DNA of 64,000 bases from an uncultured Nitrososphaeraceae archaeon (GCA_963825865.1 CAWGVG010000027.1:96001-160000); one strand, 5' to 3'. Numbered from the stretch's first letter, positions 23,144 through 35,410 are shown. Notes: a model not told the origin generated them from the sequence alone. Program-made: numbers and translations.

Positions 23144-23202
23144 GTATGTATGTATGTATGTATGTATGTATGTATGTATGTATGTATGTATGTATGTATG
23201 TA
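23144..23202. repeat. (GTAT)n microsatellite, about 14 copies
   Basis: Perfect tetranucleotide run in intergenic DNA. Confidence 0.95.
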
Positions 23203-23285
23203 GTATATGTTGTGTGTACGTGCCTAGTTAATTATACCATCTAACTTATTTTATACACTAAAACGGAATCCAAAAAGTAAGAGGC

Positions 23286-23531
23286 CTAACTTGTTCTATT
23301 GGCCCATGTTATGACAGTAAATGTACTCACAGCTGAACCTACTATCCCAGCTATCAATGCTCCAATCACTGATTGATTTAGAAAATTTGGCACGAATTCT
23401 GTAAACCATGAGGCTATGCCTGGAAGTGATAAATATCCCATGAATCCTATCACAAACCCAAGTAGCCAGAAGGCAAAAACTGCAAATCTCCTAGACAACT
23501 TTCTCTCTCCCCGTGTTATAGGTTTTAGCAA
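23286..23531 (-). CDS. Small two-TM membrane protein
   Basis: 81-aa ORF with two hydrophobic helices. Confidence 0.7.
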   Translation of the reverse strand: MLKPITRGERKLSRRFAVFAFWLLGFVIGFMGYLSLPGIASWFTEFVPNFLNQSVIGALIAGIVGSAVSTFTVITWANRTS

Positions 23532-24384
23532 ATACTTCAGAATTGCTGGCTTGATTCATATCGCATATGGATATATTTGATAATAAATTTGATTGTCAAA
23601 TTTTGTAAATATACTAAATATAAAAAAATGTCTACTTAATGATTTTTATGTATTATGATTTCAGTATTGTTATATCATGTCATTATGGGAAGTAAGTCAT
23701 TCGTAGGGATTCTTCGTTCTATCTATTTGCTCTAAAATCTTATTCTTATCACTTATTCTAAGTATAAAAAAATGATATAACCTGTAAATTTTTCTGGAAT
23801 TAACCACCCTAAAAAGAGCTATAACAACTCTTTTTTCCAAATTTTTTAGTAACATTTAAAATCCATCCGAAACTAATGATAGTAGCAAACAGCCGATTTT
23901 TCTCAAAATTGTGAAAAATTTTGTGTTGCGGGAACCATTTGATATCAATTGGGATGGATAGGGTACCGCGATTTTTTTGCAGTTTATTCCGAGCTTTAAA
24001 AAAGATGAGAATATGTGCAAAGTGATAATAATTGTAGGGGGAATATGGAACAACCTAAGTCAAAGGTTCTCAAATCGCAATGATGAAAGCTAGACCTACA
24101 GCTATCATCATGAAATTATGGCTGGTATATCCACATGCCAACTGCAACTATAAATTCAGAAATTGATACGACGTTAGATCACAGCCTGGACATTAGAATG
24201 ATAATACCAGCTGCGAGGAAAAAGCTTAGAAGAGGGGGAGATATATGGCTGTTCAACACACACTAATTCTTTATTGCAACAGTAAAATTAGTCGCACACA
24301 TTGTTTTTGACCTCACTATTTTGACGTTTTTACCAAAATTGCAACTAAGAAATATTATATTTGCAATTAGAAAATAACACAACA

Positions 24385-26154
24385 CTATTTTGTATCGGTT
24401 TTTATTGCTCTCATTTGCTGTTTATACATTGAGACTAATTCTTCAACATCAGTAGCATCCTCAGGTTTTTTATCATGTCTTATTTTACCAGTAAATTTCG
24501 GAAATCTAAGCGCCAGTCCAAATCCCTGTCTTATTGAATTTATAGCTCCAGTGTGGGAAGGGCTTAATGTAATTTCAGATGCGATAACTTCAATCACGAT
24601 TTTTGGCTCAAACCATACATCCATTTCCATTCCAGCATCAACTCTCGCATGTCTATGCGTGATTAGATGAGTTTCCAAATTGTCGAAAAATTGTTCAAGG
24701 TGTTTATCGGTAAAACCGGCTCCAACTTTACATGTACTTCTGAACATATCAGAGTTAGAATCATAAGTCGCTAACAAAAGAGCGCCATATTTTCCGACTC
24801 TACGACCTCTACCGTAAAGCGCACCAATTATGACTAGATCTAGTGTATCTGCAAGCTCGCTCCGGTATTCCCGTTTTAGTTTTACCCAAGCAAATTCTCT
24901 ATTTCCTGCTCTATATGTACTTTTGAGTTGTTTTATCATTAGTCCTTCACAACCGTTTTCTATGGCAGAGGCCATAAACTTGTCAATTTGCTCTGATTTT
25001 TCGACAATAATTTGTGGAACTAATCTTATCTTTTCGTTCCTTAATCCTTGGGTTATTTTTTTTATTAACTTACGTCGTTGGAGATATGTTAATGAAGTTT
25101 TATCATCTCCATCCATGTATAATACGTCGAAAAAATTCATAACAACAGGATAATTTTCCATTGCTTGTTTTATATCATATTTTCTGCGACGATGCATCAG
25201 TTCTTGAAATGGAAGAAATTCATCAGTAAGTGGGTTAACTGCTACAACTTCTGCTTCTAATATGGCTTCTTCTGTCTTAATTGATTTTATCGCTGCTTCT
25301 GCCACGTCAGGATAATGGTCTGTAATTTTTTCCAGTCTTCTAGAAAAGAGCTCTACTTTTCCTTTTCCTTTGTGTACTTGGATCCTTTCACCATCTAATT
25401 TATATTCAACTGCTCCCCTACCATCCATTCTCTCTAATGCTTCTTCTGCTGTACGTACACGTTCTGCCAGCATTGGTCTGATTGGTTTATACAGGGTTAT
25501 TTGGAGTGATCTTAGGGATTCAAGACCTTTTGTAGCTAATAGTTTGGCTACAGTTCCAAGGTCACTGGAAACATTGTAAGCATTTTCTAGTATCTTTCTA
25601 TTGGACTTGTCACGTGTAAATGCTAATGCCAATGCATCCATAACAGTATAATCTGCAATACCGAGTCTTAGTGTCCCCATTACGAATTTGATTATATATC
25701 TACTCTCGCGTGAAGTTGCATCGTTTAAAAGACTGCTGACAAGCCGCAGTTTGACTTCCTGTGAACCAGAGCCAACAGTCCTTGCGATCCTATCTAACGT
25801 TAAATATACTCTCTCAACAGTCATTTTATCTGAGAATAGAGTAGTTTGATTCTTTGACTTCATTACCTCACTAGCTGTATCGCCAAGGTCGCCAGTTTTC
25901 CTGTAGACTTCTTCTACGGCTGCAACGGTTAATCCTGAGGAATAGGCAAGTATACGAATAGCCATTTTTTCTGCTAAACCTAGTTCTATTCCTTCATAAT
26001 CCGGGTAGAGCTTCCCTTGAATAAGGTATATTACTTTGTCAATACTGTCAGATGGTGTTATTTTCAAAAGAGAGACTAGGTAATCAGTAAGGGCAAGTCT
26101 ACTGGATGTTTGCTCCATCTGTTCAAACGTATCTACAATAAGAGAGAAGTTCAA
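24385..26154 (-). CDS. lig: ATP-dependent DNA ligase
   Basis: PMLA, EYKLDGER, EGLMIK, WVKLK and LRFPKF motifs. Confidence 0.97.
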   Translation of the reverse strand: MNFSLIVDTFEQMEQTSSRLALTDYLVSLLKITPSDSIDKVIYLIQGKLYPDYEGIELGLAEKMAIRILAYSSGLTVAAVEEVYRKTGDLGDTASEVMKSKNQTTLFSDKMTVERVYLTLDRIARTVGSGSQEVKLRLVSSLLNDATSRESRYIIKFVMGTLRLGIADYTVMDALALAFTRDKSNRKILENAYNVSSDLGTVAKLLATKGLESLRSLQITLYKPIRPMLAERVRTAEEALERMDGRGAVEYKLDGERIQVHKGKGKVELFSRRLEKITDHYPDVAEAAIKSIKTEEAILEAEVVAVNPLTDEFLPFQELMHRRRKYDIKQAMENYPVVMNFFDVLYMDGDDKTSLTYLQRRKLIKKITQGLRNEKIRLVPQIIVEKSEQIDKFMASAIENGCEGLMIKQLKSTYRAGNREFAWVKLKREYRSELADTLDLVIIGALYGRGRRVGKYGALLLATYDSNSDMFRSTCKVGAGFTDKHLEQFFDNLETHLITHRHARVDAGMEMDVWFEPKIVIEVIASEITLSPSHTGAINSIRQGFGLALRFPKFTGKIRHDKKPEDATDVEELVSMYKQQMRAIKTDTK

Positions 26155-26421
26155 CGCTTGATTTTAAAACTAACGTGCTTTAAGTTTTATCAAGCGATGA
26201 ATAAGATGCTGATAAATTGCTTGAGCAATCTTAAGTTGTTGCAGTGTCTATTCAGGTTTAGTGACTTGAGATTTATTACTCTCCAGTACAAAAAATTACG
26301 TCGTTAAAACATCTACGATAGAAAGATACTGGTCATGATCACTTATGAGTAAATCTCTTTTAATACTTCATTCACACACGACCCATAACTTAAAAAATGG
26401 CATTAAGAGAGTACACATGAT

Positions 26422-26755
26422 ATGGGAGGCATGAAGAAAAAACCTGTAGGATCTTCAGACAAGACTGCTGCTGCTTTCTGATTCAACGGCTGATGTAAAA
26501 TCAACAAAGGAAGATAGCAAGAAGACTGGATCAAAAACACAACAGAAACAAAAACTAGCGGTTCTCGTAGAAGAATCACAGGGTATTAAAGCACTGCAGG
26601 GTATGAAGGCAATTACGATACATGCCTTTGCAAGAGCTGCTGGTGTAAAAATTTCTGTTGCTAATGCTTTTATCAAATCCGTTGAGGCGAAAGGACTTGT
26701 AAAGAGTGTTGGCGGCAATAGTGGGCATAGAGTTTACAAATTAGCTAAACAGTAA
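26422..26755 (+). CDS. rps25e: Ribosomal protein eS25-like; frameshift near 26475, so missing from the ORF track
   Basis: MGGMKKKPVG... then KQKLAVLVEE...MKAITIHAFARAAGVKISVANAFIKSVEAKGLVKSVGGNSGHRVYKL. Confidence 0.8.
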
Positions 26756-26945
26756 CTAATAATGCAACCGGTATGCTAACCTCTTCCATAATAGTCGGAA
26801 TAGTGTGCTTGAAAGGATCAAAGAATTATAAAATCTATAATAATAGTTAATCAATATCCTTCAATTTTTGAAAGAAAAAGAGAATTTCATATTATGTATT
26901 GTTTATCTATCTATCTATCGATTATGGCTACTAAATTAATTTATT

Positions 26946-27404
26946 TTATTTCCTTAGAAGTGCTACGTCTCCTGTCTGTGCAAATTCTATTAACTCTAAA
27001 TTGGATTTAATTATCCCTATCGGATTCATAGGCATGACTATTGAATCTTTAATAAAAATACATAACGATCCATTAGCCGTCATATATGCAATATCGCCAC
27101 GCTTAAACCGAGTTTGCTGTTTCTCTGCTCCTATCATTAATCCTGTTTCGATATAGGCGAATTTATCTGCAAACTTATGAACTCTGTCCTGTAATGGCAG
27201 GCGTTTTAAAATTATTCTAACGCTCAATGGGGACAGATGACGAATAATTTCGCATTGAGCGAATCCCTTATTTGATATTTCTAAGATCACAGGGATCCTT
27301 GAAACTGTTCCACCTCCACCTTGACATGGTTGCAATAGTATCAAAATAGAAGATAGAGTATATATAATGGAAACGTTTATTTCTATGAATTTAAAAATTC
27401 GCAA
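26946..27404 (-). CDS. Cyclophilin-like fold protein; start uncertain
   Basis: RHLSPLS...LP and FKRGDIAY...SLCIF...MNPIG motifs. Confidence 0.75.
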   Translation of the reverse strand: MRIFKFIEINVSIIYTLSSILILLQPCQGGGGTVSRIPVILEISNKGFAQCEIIRHLSPLSVRIILKRLPLQDRVHKFADKFAYIETGLMIGAEKQQTRFKRGDIAYMTANGSLCIFIKDSIVMPMNPIGIIKSNLELIEFAQTGDVALLRK

Positions 27405-27440
27405 CGTTTAATTATATATTTATTATCTTTTGCATTATTC

Positions 27441-27953
27441 TTGGTAGTAAAACATTCTTCTCATGAAAAACATATGCCAAAAAAATCCTCGCACATTAAA
27501 GAAAAGACTGCCAAGAAGGCGGAATCCAAGGCAAAAAGCACCAATCCTGGCAAATCTATGAAGAAACAATTAGAGACTGAACAGATTTCTGATGATGATA
27601 CTGCAAAAGCAGCATTACAAATTGACGAACCGATCAAGAAATCAAACCGGCCTGAAGATGAAGTAGTCATATATAACGAAGTTGAATTTGAGCTTAAAGA
27701 AATTATTTCAAATGGAAACCAAGTTTTAATTGGCCCTCTAAGGCTTACAAGATTTGAGAGAGCTAGAATTACCGGTGCAAGATCATTACAGTTATCTTTA
27801 GGGGCTCCATCTTTGATTAGGGTTCCCAATGATGTGAGAGATTCTATCTCATTAGCAACAGTAGAACTCGATCTTAAAGCATTACCGATCTCCATTAGAC
27901 GTATTTTACCAAATGGCCTTTATCAAGACATTCCAATAACTTTGTTAAAATAA
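27441..27953 (+). CDS. rpoK: RNA polymerase subunit Rpo6/K with a charged N-terminal extension
   Basis: LTRFERARITGARSLQLSLGAP...LPISIRR.LP. Confidence 0.93.
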   Translation: MVVKHSSHEKHMPKKSSHIKEKTAKKAESKAKSTNPGKSMKKQLETEQISDDDTAKAALQIDEPIKKSNRPEDEVVIYNEVEFELKEIISNGNQVLIGPLRLTRFERARITGARSLQLSLGAPSLIRVPNDVRDSISLATVELDLKALPISIRRILPNGLYQDIPITLLK

Positions 27954-28723
27954 TAATGCATCTAACAACTAATATCTTATATTTCTTGGCGTCTACATTC
28001 ATCAAAATAGCGGATCCTTACCATATCTATAAATAAAATAATCAAGGCGCCATCTTTCATGAAAGAGGAGATATTCACCATGAAACATCAAATTCGCATC
28101 GATCTCACACTTTTAGATTGTAAAAAGTACGAAATCTTTTTTCTTCCTATTGCGGGCCACTGAAACTTTAGCTCTACCATCTTTTTTTCTATCCTTCCAT
28201 TTTATATCATTTCATTAAATGAATCTTGATTAACTGATTTTCCTTACTTTTGGTACCACATTTCAAAAATATGCTTCATCTTAGTTCCATTATCATTAAC
28301 TTATATTGATGACCTGATTGAACAAGATCAAATGGAATTTGAAATTACTTCATAGATTCGTCTTCTTACTTTGTATGTGTATGCCTATTTCTATTGCTTT
28401 AAAATTGCAACAACACACTTACAAATTCACAATTCTTCAAGGCTCAGTTAGATAATTAGTAATTCATTGTATATATTTTTGTTTTTATAACAAAAAATTG
28501 TAGCTGAAGCATTCAACTTCTTTTCAATGTTACTATCTATTAGTAATATAATTTTTTTATAAATAGGGAATTAGAAGAAAAGACATAGTATAATAATCAC
28601 TTTTACAAGTATACAGTTACATATAATAAAGCAATTATTTAATCATTAAAAAAATGCATGCAAATGAACATTAGTACAAATAATGGTTCGACGTAAATAG
28701 ATAGTTCCCAATCCGTCTTTGTA

Positions 28724-31700
28724 TTGAAAATAACAAAAGATCATTACAAAAAGAGAGGAATAGCTCTGTATGTAATGGCTATGCTATTGCTGTCAGTTGT
28801 ACTATTCAATCTAAATAATCCATCAATACCTCTGGTGTATGGTGATAAAGGTAACAATAATAATAATAACCATAACAGCAACAATAAAGTAAAGAACCAT
28901 TCATTAATCAATAGTATATCTGATCAAGTAGTTAATTCTAATGTAGGTACCAATAAAGGGCAAGTACAACTCAGTACTTCAACAAATACAAACACAAATA
29001 GCTCTGACATCTGGTCAAGACAAGGCAACCAAAGCAATTAATCAAATAAATTCAATTATTGACTTAAACCCTAACGGTCCTTTATCGCAGTCATTATTAT
29101 CTCTTGCAAAACAACAAGCAGCTGGTAACACAGATGCTGTCACAAAGGCCGCAGCACAAATTGCAGGAAAAGTGTCTAGTGGTGGTGATGATTTGGCACA
29201 ACCATTATCATCACAAGATTTGGCACAACCATTATCATCACAAGATTTGGCACAACCATTATCATCACAAGATTTGGCACAACCATTATCATCACAAGAT
29301 TTGGCACAACCATTATCATCACAAGATTTGGCACAACCATTATCATCACAAGATTTGGCACAACCATTATCATCACAAGATTTGGCACAACCATTATCAT
29401 CACAAGATTTGGCACAACCATTATCATCACAAGAAACAGGAACATCTTCTTCTACCTCCCCGTTATCATTTTTATCGCCAGGCGAAACAACATCAAATGA
29501 AAGTAGTGAACAACAACAAACTACCAATCAACCTAATACTAATCCTAGTAGCAGTAGTCAAGTTGTTTCCAATACTCCTAAACAACAAACAGTTACTCCT
29601 CAACAAACAGTTACTCCTCAACAAACAGTTACTCCTCAACAAACAGTTACTCCTCAACAAACAGTTACTCCTCAACAAACAGTTACTCCTCAACAAACAG
29701 TTACTCCTCAACAAACAGTTACTCCTCAACAAACAGTTACTCCTCAACAAACAGTTACTCCTCAACAAACAGTTACTCCTCAACAAACAGTTACTCCTCA
29801 ACAAACAGTTACTCCTCAACAAACAGTTACTCCTCAACAAACAGTTACTCCTCAACAAACAGTTACTCCTCAACAAACAGTTACTCCTCAACAAACAGTT
29901 ACTCCTCAACAAACAGTTACTCCTCAACAAACAGTTACTCCTCAACAAACAGTTACTCCTCAACAAACAGTTACTCCTCAACAAACAGTTACTCCTCAAC
30001 AAACAGTAGTTGACAAACGTCCAGTGGCTAATGCTGGGCATCCTGGTCCAGATCAAAATGTTAATGAAAGCTCTCTTGTTACGCTTGATGGAAGTGCAAG
30101 TTATGATCCAGATGGGAACCCACTGACCTATCTATGGACACAGACTGCTGGTCCTTCCGTTACGTTAAGTAATCCCACTTCAGCCATAACTACATTTACA
30201 GCTCCACCACCCGGCTCGACTAATATCGCAGGACTTACGTTCCAATTGACAGTTAAAGACACAGCTGGTTTAACTGATAGTGACTCAGTCCATATTACAG
30301 TAAATCATGTAACTCCACCACAACCAGTTGACAAACGTCCAGTGGCTAATGCTGGGCATCCTGGTCCAGATCAAAATGTTAATGAGGGCTCTATTGTTAC
30401 GCTTAATGGGAGTGCAAGTACTGACCCCGATATCGGTGATACATTAACATATTCATGGACACAGACTGCTGGTCCTTCCGTTACGTTAAGTAATCCCACT
30501 TCAGCCATAACTACATTTACAGCTCCACCACCCGGCTCGACTAATATCGCAGAACTTACGTTCCAATTGACAGTTAAAGACACAGCTGGTTTAACTGATA
30601 GTGACTCAGTCCATATTACAGTAAATCATGTAACTCCACCACAACCAGTTGACAAACGTCCAGTGGCTAATGCTGGGCATCCTGGTCCAGATCAAAATGT
30701 TAATGAGGGCTCTATTGTTACGCTTAATGGGAGTGCAAGTACTGACCCCGATGGGAACCCACTGACCTATCTATGGACACAGACTGCTGGTCCTTCCGTT
30801 ACGTTAAGTAATCCCACTTCAGCCATAACTACATTTACAGCTCCACCACCCGGCTCGACTAATATCGCAGGACTTACGTTCCAATTGACAGTTAAAGACA
30901 CAGCTGGTTTAACTGATAGTGACTCAGTCCATATTACAGTAAATCATGTAACTTCACAACAATCAGTCACTTCTCCACAATCGCAATCAGTCACTTCTCC
31001 ACAATCGCAATCAGTCACTTCTCCACAATCGCAATCAGTCACTTCTCCACAATCGCAATCAGTCACTTCTCCACAATCGCAATCAGTCACTTCTCCACAA
31101 TCGCAATCAGTCACTTCTCCACAATCGCAATCAGTCACTTCTCCACAATCGCAATCAGTCACTTCTCCACAATCGCAATCAGTCACTTCACCAGCTGCTA
31201 TTGTTGGTCCGGACCAAACGGTCGACGAAGGCTCTGTTGTTAGACTTGATGGAAGTGCAAGTACTGATCCAGATAGAGGTGATACACTAACATATTCATG
31301 GACACAGACTCCTGGTCCTTCCGTTACGTTAAGTAATCCCACTTCAGCCGTAGTTACATTTACTGCTCCACCTGTATCGACTAATACAGATGATGTTCTT
31401 CACATTGACAGTTAAAGACAAAGCAGGTTTAACTGATAGTGCCACTGTAAAAGTTACAATTAACCATGTAACTCAAACACAACCATCAGCAGAAGTAAGC
31501 AACGGTAGAGATCCATTTGGAATAAAGGAAATTTACCAAACAAAGCAGGGAGGAGAAGAATGGTTCATGAATATGAATAGTCCAACAAGCGACAGCAGGA
31601 ATAATCCGCCACCTCTGACCAAGAATCCAGATGGTTCTTTCAAGGTTACGTCAAGTCAGGTAAGATGGGGTGTCTTTACTTCCTCTGGATATCATCCAGC

Positions 31701-32274
31701 CCAAATTGCTACTTATAATCAAAAGCAGTTAGTGCCACAAGGGTTTATGCAATCGCCTAACGATTGGAAGAATGTAGAAATGACTGGATACATAAAGGTA
31801 AATCAATTCTCTAGTTCTGATCTACCTTTTACATGGTATGCACGAGGAGGGAGAGACACTGATTCAGCACCATGTGAAGGAACTTCAATTAAAGGAAGAT
31901 TAGCCATTGACGGAACAACAAATTTCGCGAAAGAACAATGGCATACAGGTGGATATTTTTCCACATTAGCTAAGCCTGCTACTGATGCTATAAACACAAA
32001 ATGGATTGGATTCAAGACTGTAATATATAACATACAAGAGAATGGAAAAACAGTAGTAAAGATGGAAAACTGGATTGACAAGAACAATGATAATACCTGG
32101 GTAAAGATATCTGATTTTGTTGATAGAGGCGGATTTGGAAATCAAGGTGGACATTGTGGAGGAGATCCAGATCAAATGATAACTTGGGGAGGTCCCGACG
32201 CAGTATTCAGATGGGATGGGCAGACTGATGTAGATGTCAAAAACTTGAGTGTAAGGGAAATTCAAGCTACTTAA
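28724..32274 (+). CDS. Large secreted repeat-rich surface protein (helical N-domain, Ser/Thr/Gln/Pro repeats, four PKD-like domains, C-terminal beta-rich domain); frameshifts near 28970 and 31395
   Basis: Signal peptide; PVANAG.GPDQ.V.E...VTLDGS.S.DPD...Y.WTQ PKD repeats; C-domain DPFGIKEIY...WKNVEMTGY...WIGFK...RWD. Confidence 0.85.
29190..29432 (+). repeat. 27-bp tandem repeat, 9 copies (DLAQPLSSQ)
   Basis: Perfect GATTTGGCACAACCATTATCATCACAA units. Confidence 0.97.
29583..30007 (+). repeat. 18-bp tandem repeat, about 23.5 copies (QQTVTP)
   Basis: Perfect CAACAAACAGTTACTCCT units. Confidence 0.97.
30009..30953 (+). repeat. Three near-identical PKD-domain repeats of about 320 bp
   Basis: Units start at 30009, 30327 and 30648; a more diverged fourth copy follows at about 31190-31470. 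Confidence 0.95.
30960..31192 (+). repeat. 24-bp tandem repeat, about 10 copies (QSVTSPQS)
   Basis: CAATCAGTCACTTCTCCACAATCG units. Confidence 0.95.
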
Positions 32275-32918
32275 AGGAATGGCTAAAAATGTTTTAATAT
32301 TTTATTTATTGGAATAAATAGATCTACAAAAAAGTAGTAGATACTTTCATTCTATAAAGCATTAACAGTTGAACTTAACTATGTATAAAGATGGAATGTC
32401 CAAAAAACATACTACAAATGATATGTCTTCCGTAGGGTAAGGATTAGATATAATATATTTCATATTTTAATGATTTACTGTGCTATTGTTATGTAATTTT
32501 GTCTTGTTTTACATCTATTATATACAAGCATATTTCTTCCATCATCTTCAATATTTATAAATGTAGAAAACGCTATAATCTAATAGATATAAACAACTAT
32601 TGTTTATAACTGCCCAGTATAATGTGGCAGTTTCTAAAGTTACAACTGTTCATTATCAACATTTAGTATGGCCAAATGGTTTTACTGATGAATAGTAACG
32701 TTGTCAAAGAAGTGTATATATAGAGAATTAATTACATTGTCAAACCTATTGAATAGAAAAATAAACAGGCTTATTAAGGTAAATATCTAATGTTAAAAAA
32801 GTTTATCTAATAAGAAAACAAATGAAATTCTGCAAGCGATTCTCTCGTTGTTATTGTATGTTAAAAATATAATAACAATGTTCATAACTTCTGCTGTTAT
32901 ATTAATAGAACACAATAT

Positions 32919-33564
32919 ATGCATATGTACATTAAAGCACTTGGAAAAATTGCAAGCAGATATGCACCCAGCAGAGTCCTTTCATTTGATGCTGTACATG
33001 TGTTCAAGGCGTTACAGCTCATAGAAAATAAAGGACATGTGAGTAGGGCTTTATTATGTAAAGAATTATCACTTGGTGAAGGCGTTATCAAAACATTAGT
33101 AAAACATCTGAAAATGCAAGGTCTGATAGAATCTACAAAAAGTGGAACGCGGATGACACAAAAGGGAAGGACAATATCTTTGCAACTATTTTCCTCAATT
33201 CCTGTGGAAACTAGTATACCAAAATGCTCTGTTGCACTGGGCGAATTCAATTATGTCGTTTTGCTGAAACAGTTTGGATTTGCCATCAAATCTGGAATAG
33301 AACAAAGGGATGCTGCCAATTAAAATGGGTGCGTTAGGTGCTACTACTTTATTGTTTAAAGATGATAAATTTGTAATACCTAGCACAAAATATGACTCCT
33401 TGAGAAAGGAATTACATATAGCTGGATTATTAATTGAAAAACTAAATCCTGAAAACGGAGATGTCATAATAATAGGAAGCGCTACTGAAGATGAGAGAAC
33501 AGCAGAACTTGCTGCGAAAAATGCCGCACTCTTAACTATGATGAACCATGAAAGGCATCTTTAA
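32919..33564 (+). CDS. Winged-HTH protein (DUF4443-like C-terminus); frameshift near 33318
   Basis: SRALLCKELSLGEGVIKTL HTH; GIEQRDAAIKMGALGATTL. Confidence 0.8.
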
Positions 33565-33590
33565 TTTTTTGAGTATTATTTTGTTAAATT

Positions 33591-35410
33591 TCAGTTCTTG
33601 GCCTCATCTATATAGAATATTGTCTCATTTCTTTTTAATGCCGAACCAGAGATTAATTGCAATACCGAGTTTTGTAGTCTATCATCGTTTGGAGCGCCAC
33701 CTTCAATATTTCCTCCTAATATGAGATACAGTCGAATATAGGAACCGAGAACATCTCCAAGTTCTTGGTTGACAGTAGCGGTGAATGGCCGTAAAGCCCC
33801 TCTAAAAACTTCTGATCTTGCTCTAACAGTACCTGAGATCTTCTTACCAACTGGTGCATCTGGGCCCACTATCACAACTATTCCTTTGGTTCTTTTGAAT
33901 TTAACAGGTTCTTCTATTGCTCTTTCCGGAGCCATTGCATTTACCGCTTCTCTTGTTATTAAACCCGGCATGTTGATGAAATTATCAACCAATGAATCCC
34001 ACTGTTGTCTTGTATAAGAAGAAAATAGCATATTATAGTCATAGTCACCTGTAAACTGGACTACTGCATCTATATTGCCAAACTTTGTTCTTACCGTGTT
34101 AAAAATTCTCTTTACACTTTCTTCGTCTGAGGGATTAAACGAATGGCTATGGAAATCCTTAAATTGTAACAGATCATGTTGATTTTTGGTCAATATAACT
34201 GTCTGTTTAACGCCTGTTGAATTCAATGTTAGTGCGAGTTTCTGTACCCGAGCAAGATCTTTTTTTTCTGAAGAAGTAACTGTAATAACAACGACTTTGT
34301 CCTTTACATCTGGTGATGATGAACTGGTTTCTACAGATGTTCCTATGATCGGCTTGACTGGATAAAATACACGATCGTTTGGAATAACTCTACCGTTAAT
34401 TAATTTGCTGATCTTTTCATCGCATAAATTCAAAACCATTTCAGCAACTTCTTCTTGGGTAAGAAATTCTCCATCAACAATCATTTTGCTTGTATTGTTC
34501 TGTACTTTCTCTGCAATTTCTTGAATCGTAGTAAGCATTCCAGAAATTATTTTGTATAACCTTTCAATCTCTGAAGGAGATTCATCGTTGTTGTTGGATT
34601 TTGCTATTTCGGTTGCAATCTCATTTATTCCTTTTGTGATAATATTGTCAGGTTCACCTAACAAAGGAAGTGCTTTGATAGCAGCCTTTTCAATTTCAAT
34701 CGATGTAAGCTCTGGGTAGCCACCAATTCTTAAGAATTCGGCAACTAGCCTTTGGATAAACTGTTTTGTAAATTCTATCTGAATGGACTGGACCAGGATT
34801 CGTGGCTACTGACCGAATACCTCTTTCTACTAGTTCCCATGCTAATGCTTCTGCCAGCCTGTTCTTTGCTCCTTGTGCAGCGGTATAGGGAGTTCTAAAT
34901 CTATATGGCCTTTGCTCATAACGATTTTCCTCTGTAAAGAATGTCGCAATTGTAATTATCTTGCTACCTGGTTCCATTGCCTGTATACTCTGAATTGAAG
35001 TCCAGAAAGTTCCTGTAAGATGAATAGCTACACAATCTTTGAATTCGTTAAAATTGGCATTTGTAAATACCTTCACTGGACCGGAAACACCTGGCATTAT
35101 TTACAAGGATATCAACTTTACCGAATTCCTGTTTAATACTTTTGAACATTTCATTAACTCCTGTCTCATCAGATACATCAACTCCTGGAAAAGCTCGTAC
35201 TATGCCTGAAACCCCATTATCTCTTATAATGCGATTTAGGATTTCAGAGGTTTGGTCTAAGGGTTCCTTTCTTCTACCCATAATAATAATATTGGCGCCA
35301 TTCTCAGCAAATTTTTTCGCAATTGCTTGGCCGATACCTGTCCCACTGCCTGTAATTACAACAATTTTATCGGTAAATTTTAAAGAAGATTTCAGTTCAC
35401 GATATTGCAT
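33591..35410 (-). CDS. Large two-domain SDR oxidoreductase; frameshifts near 35090 and 34745
   Basis: TGSGTGIG, DILVNNA, atypical YRFRTPYTAAQ and NPGPVHSDRI; degenerate second Rossmann domain. Confidence 0.88.

Noticed and set aside
23856-24260. Short ORF and hydrophobic fragments
   Set aside because: Possibly a decayed membrane-protein gene, but no family could be recognised.
26455-26718. Minus-strand 87-aa ORF
   Set aside because: Antisense to the frameshifted eS25-like gene on the plus strand.
28441-28455. GGCTCAGTTAGATAA as an IS end
   Set aside because: Only a short partial match to the TIR, with no partner end or TSD.
29042-30056. His-rich (WHNHYHHKI) and Cys-rich (CDDNGCAKS, RSNCLL) repeat ORFs as metal-binding proteins
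   Set aside because: Alternative-frame and antisense shadows of the coding VNTRs.
29190-31192. Repeat arrays as a CRISPR array
   Set aside because: Head-to-tail units with no unique spacers, lengths are multiples of three inside an ORF, and no cas genes are present.
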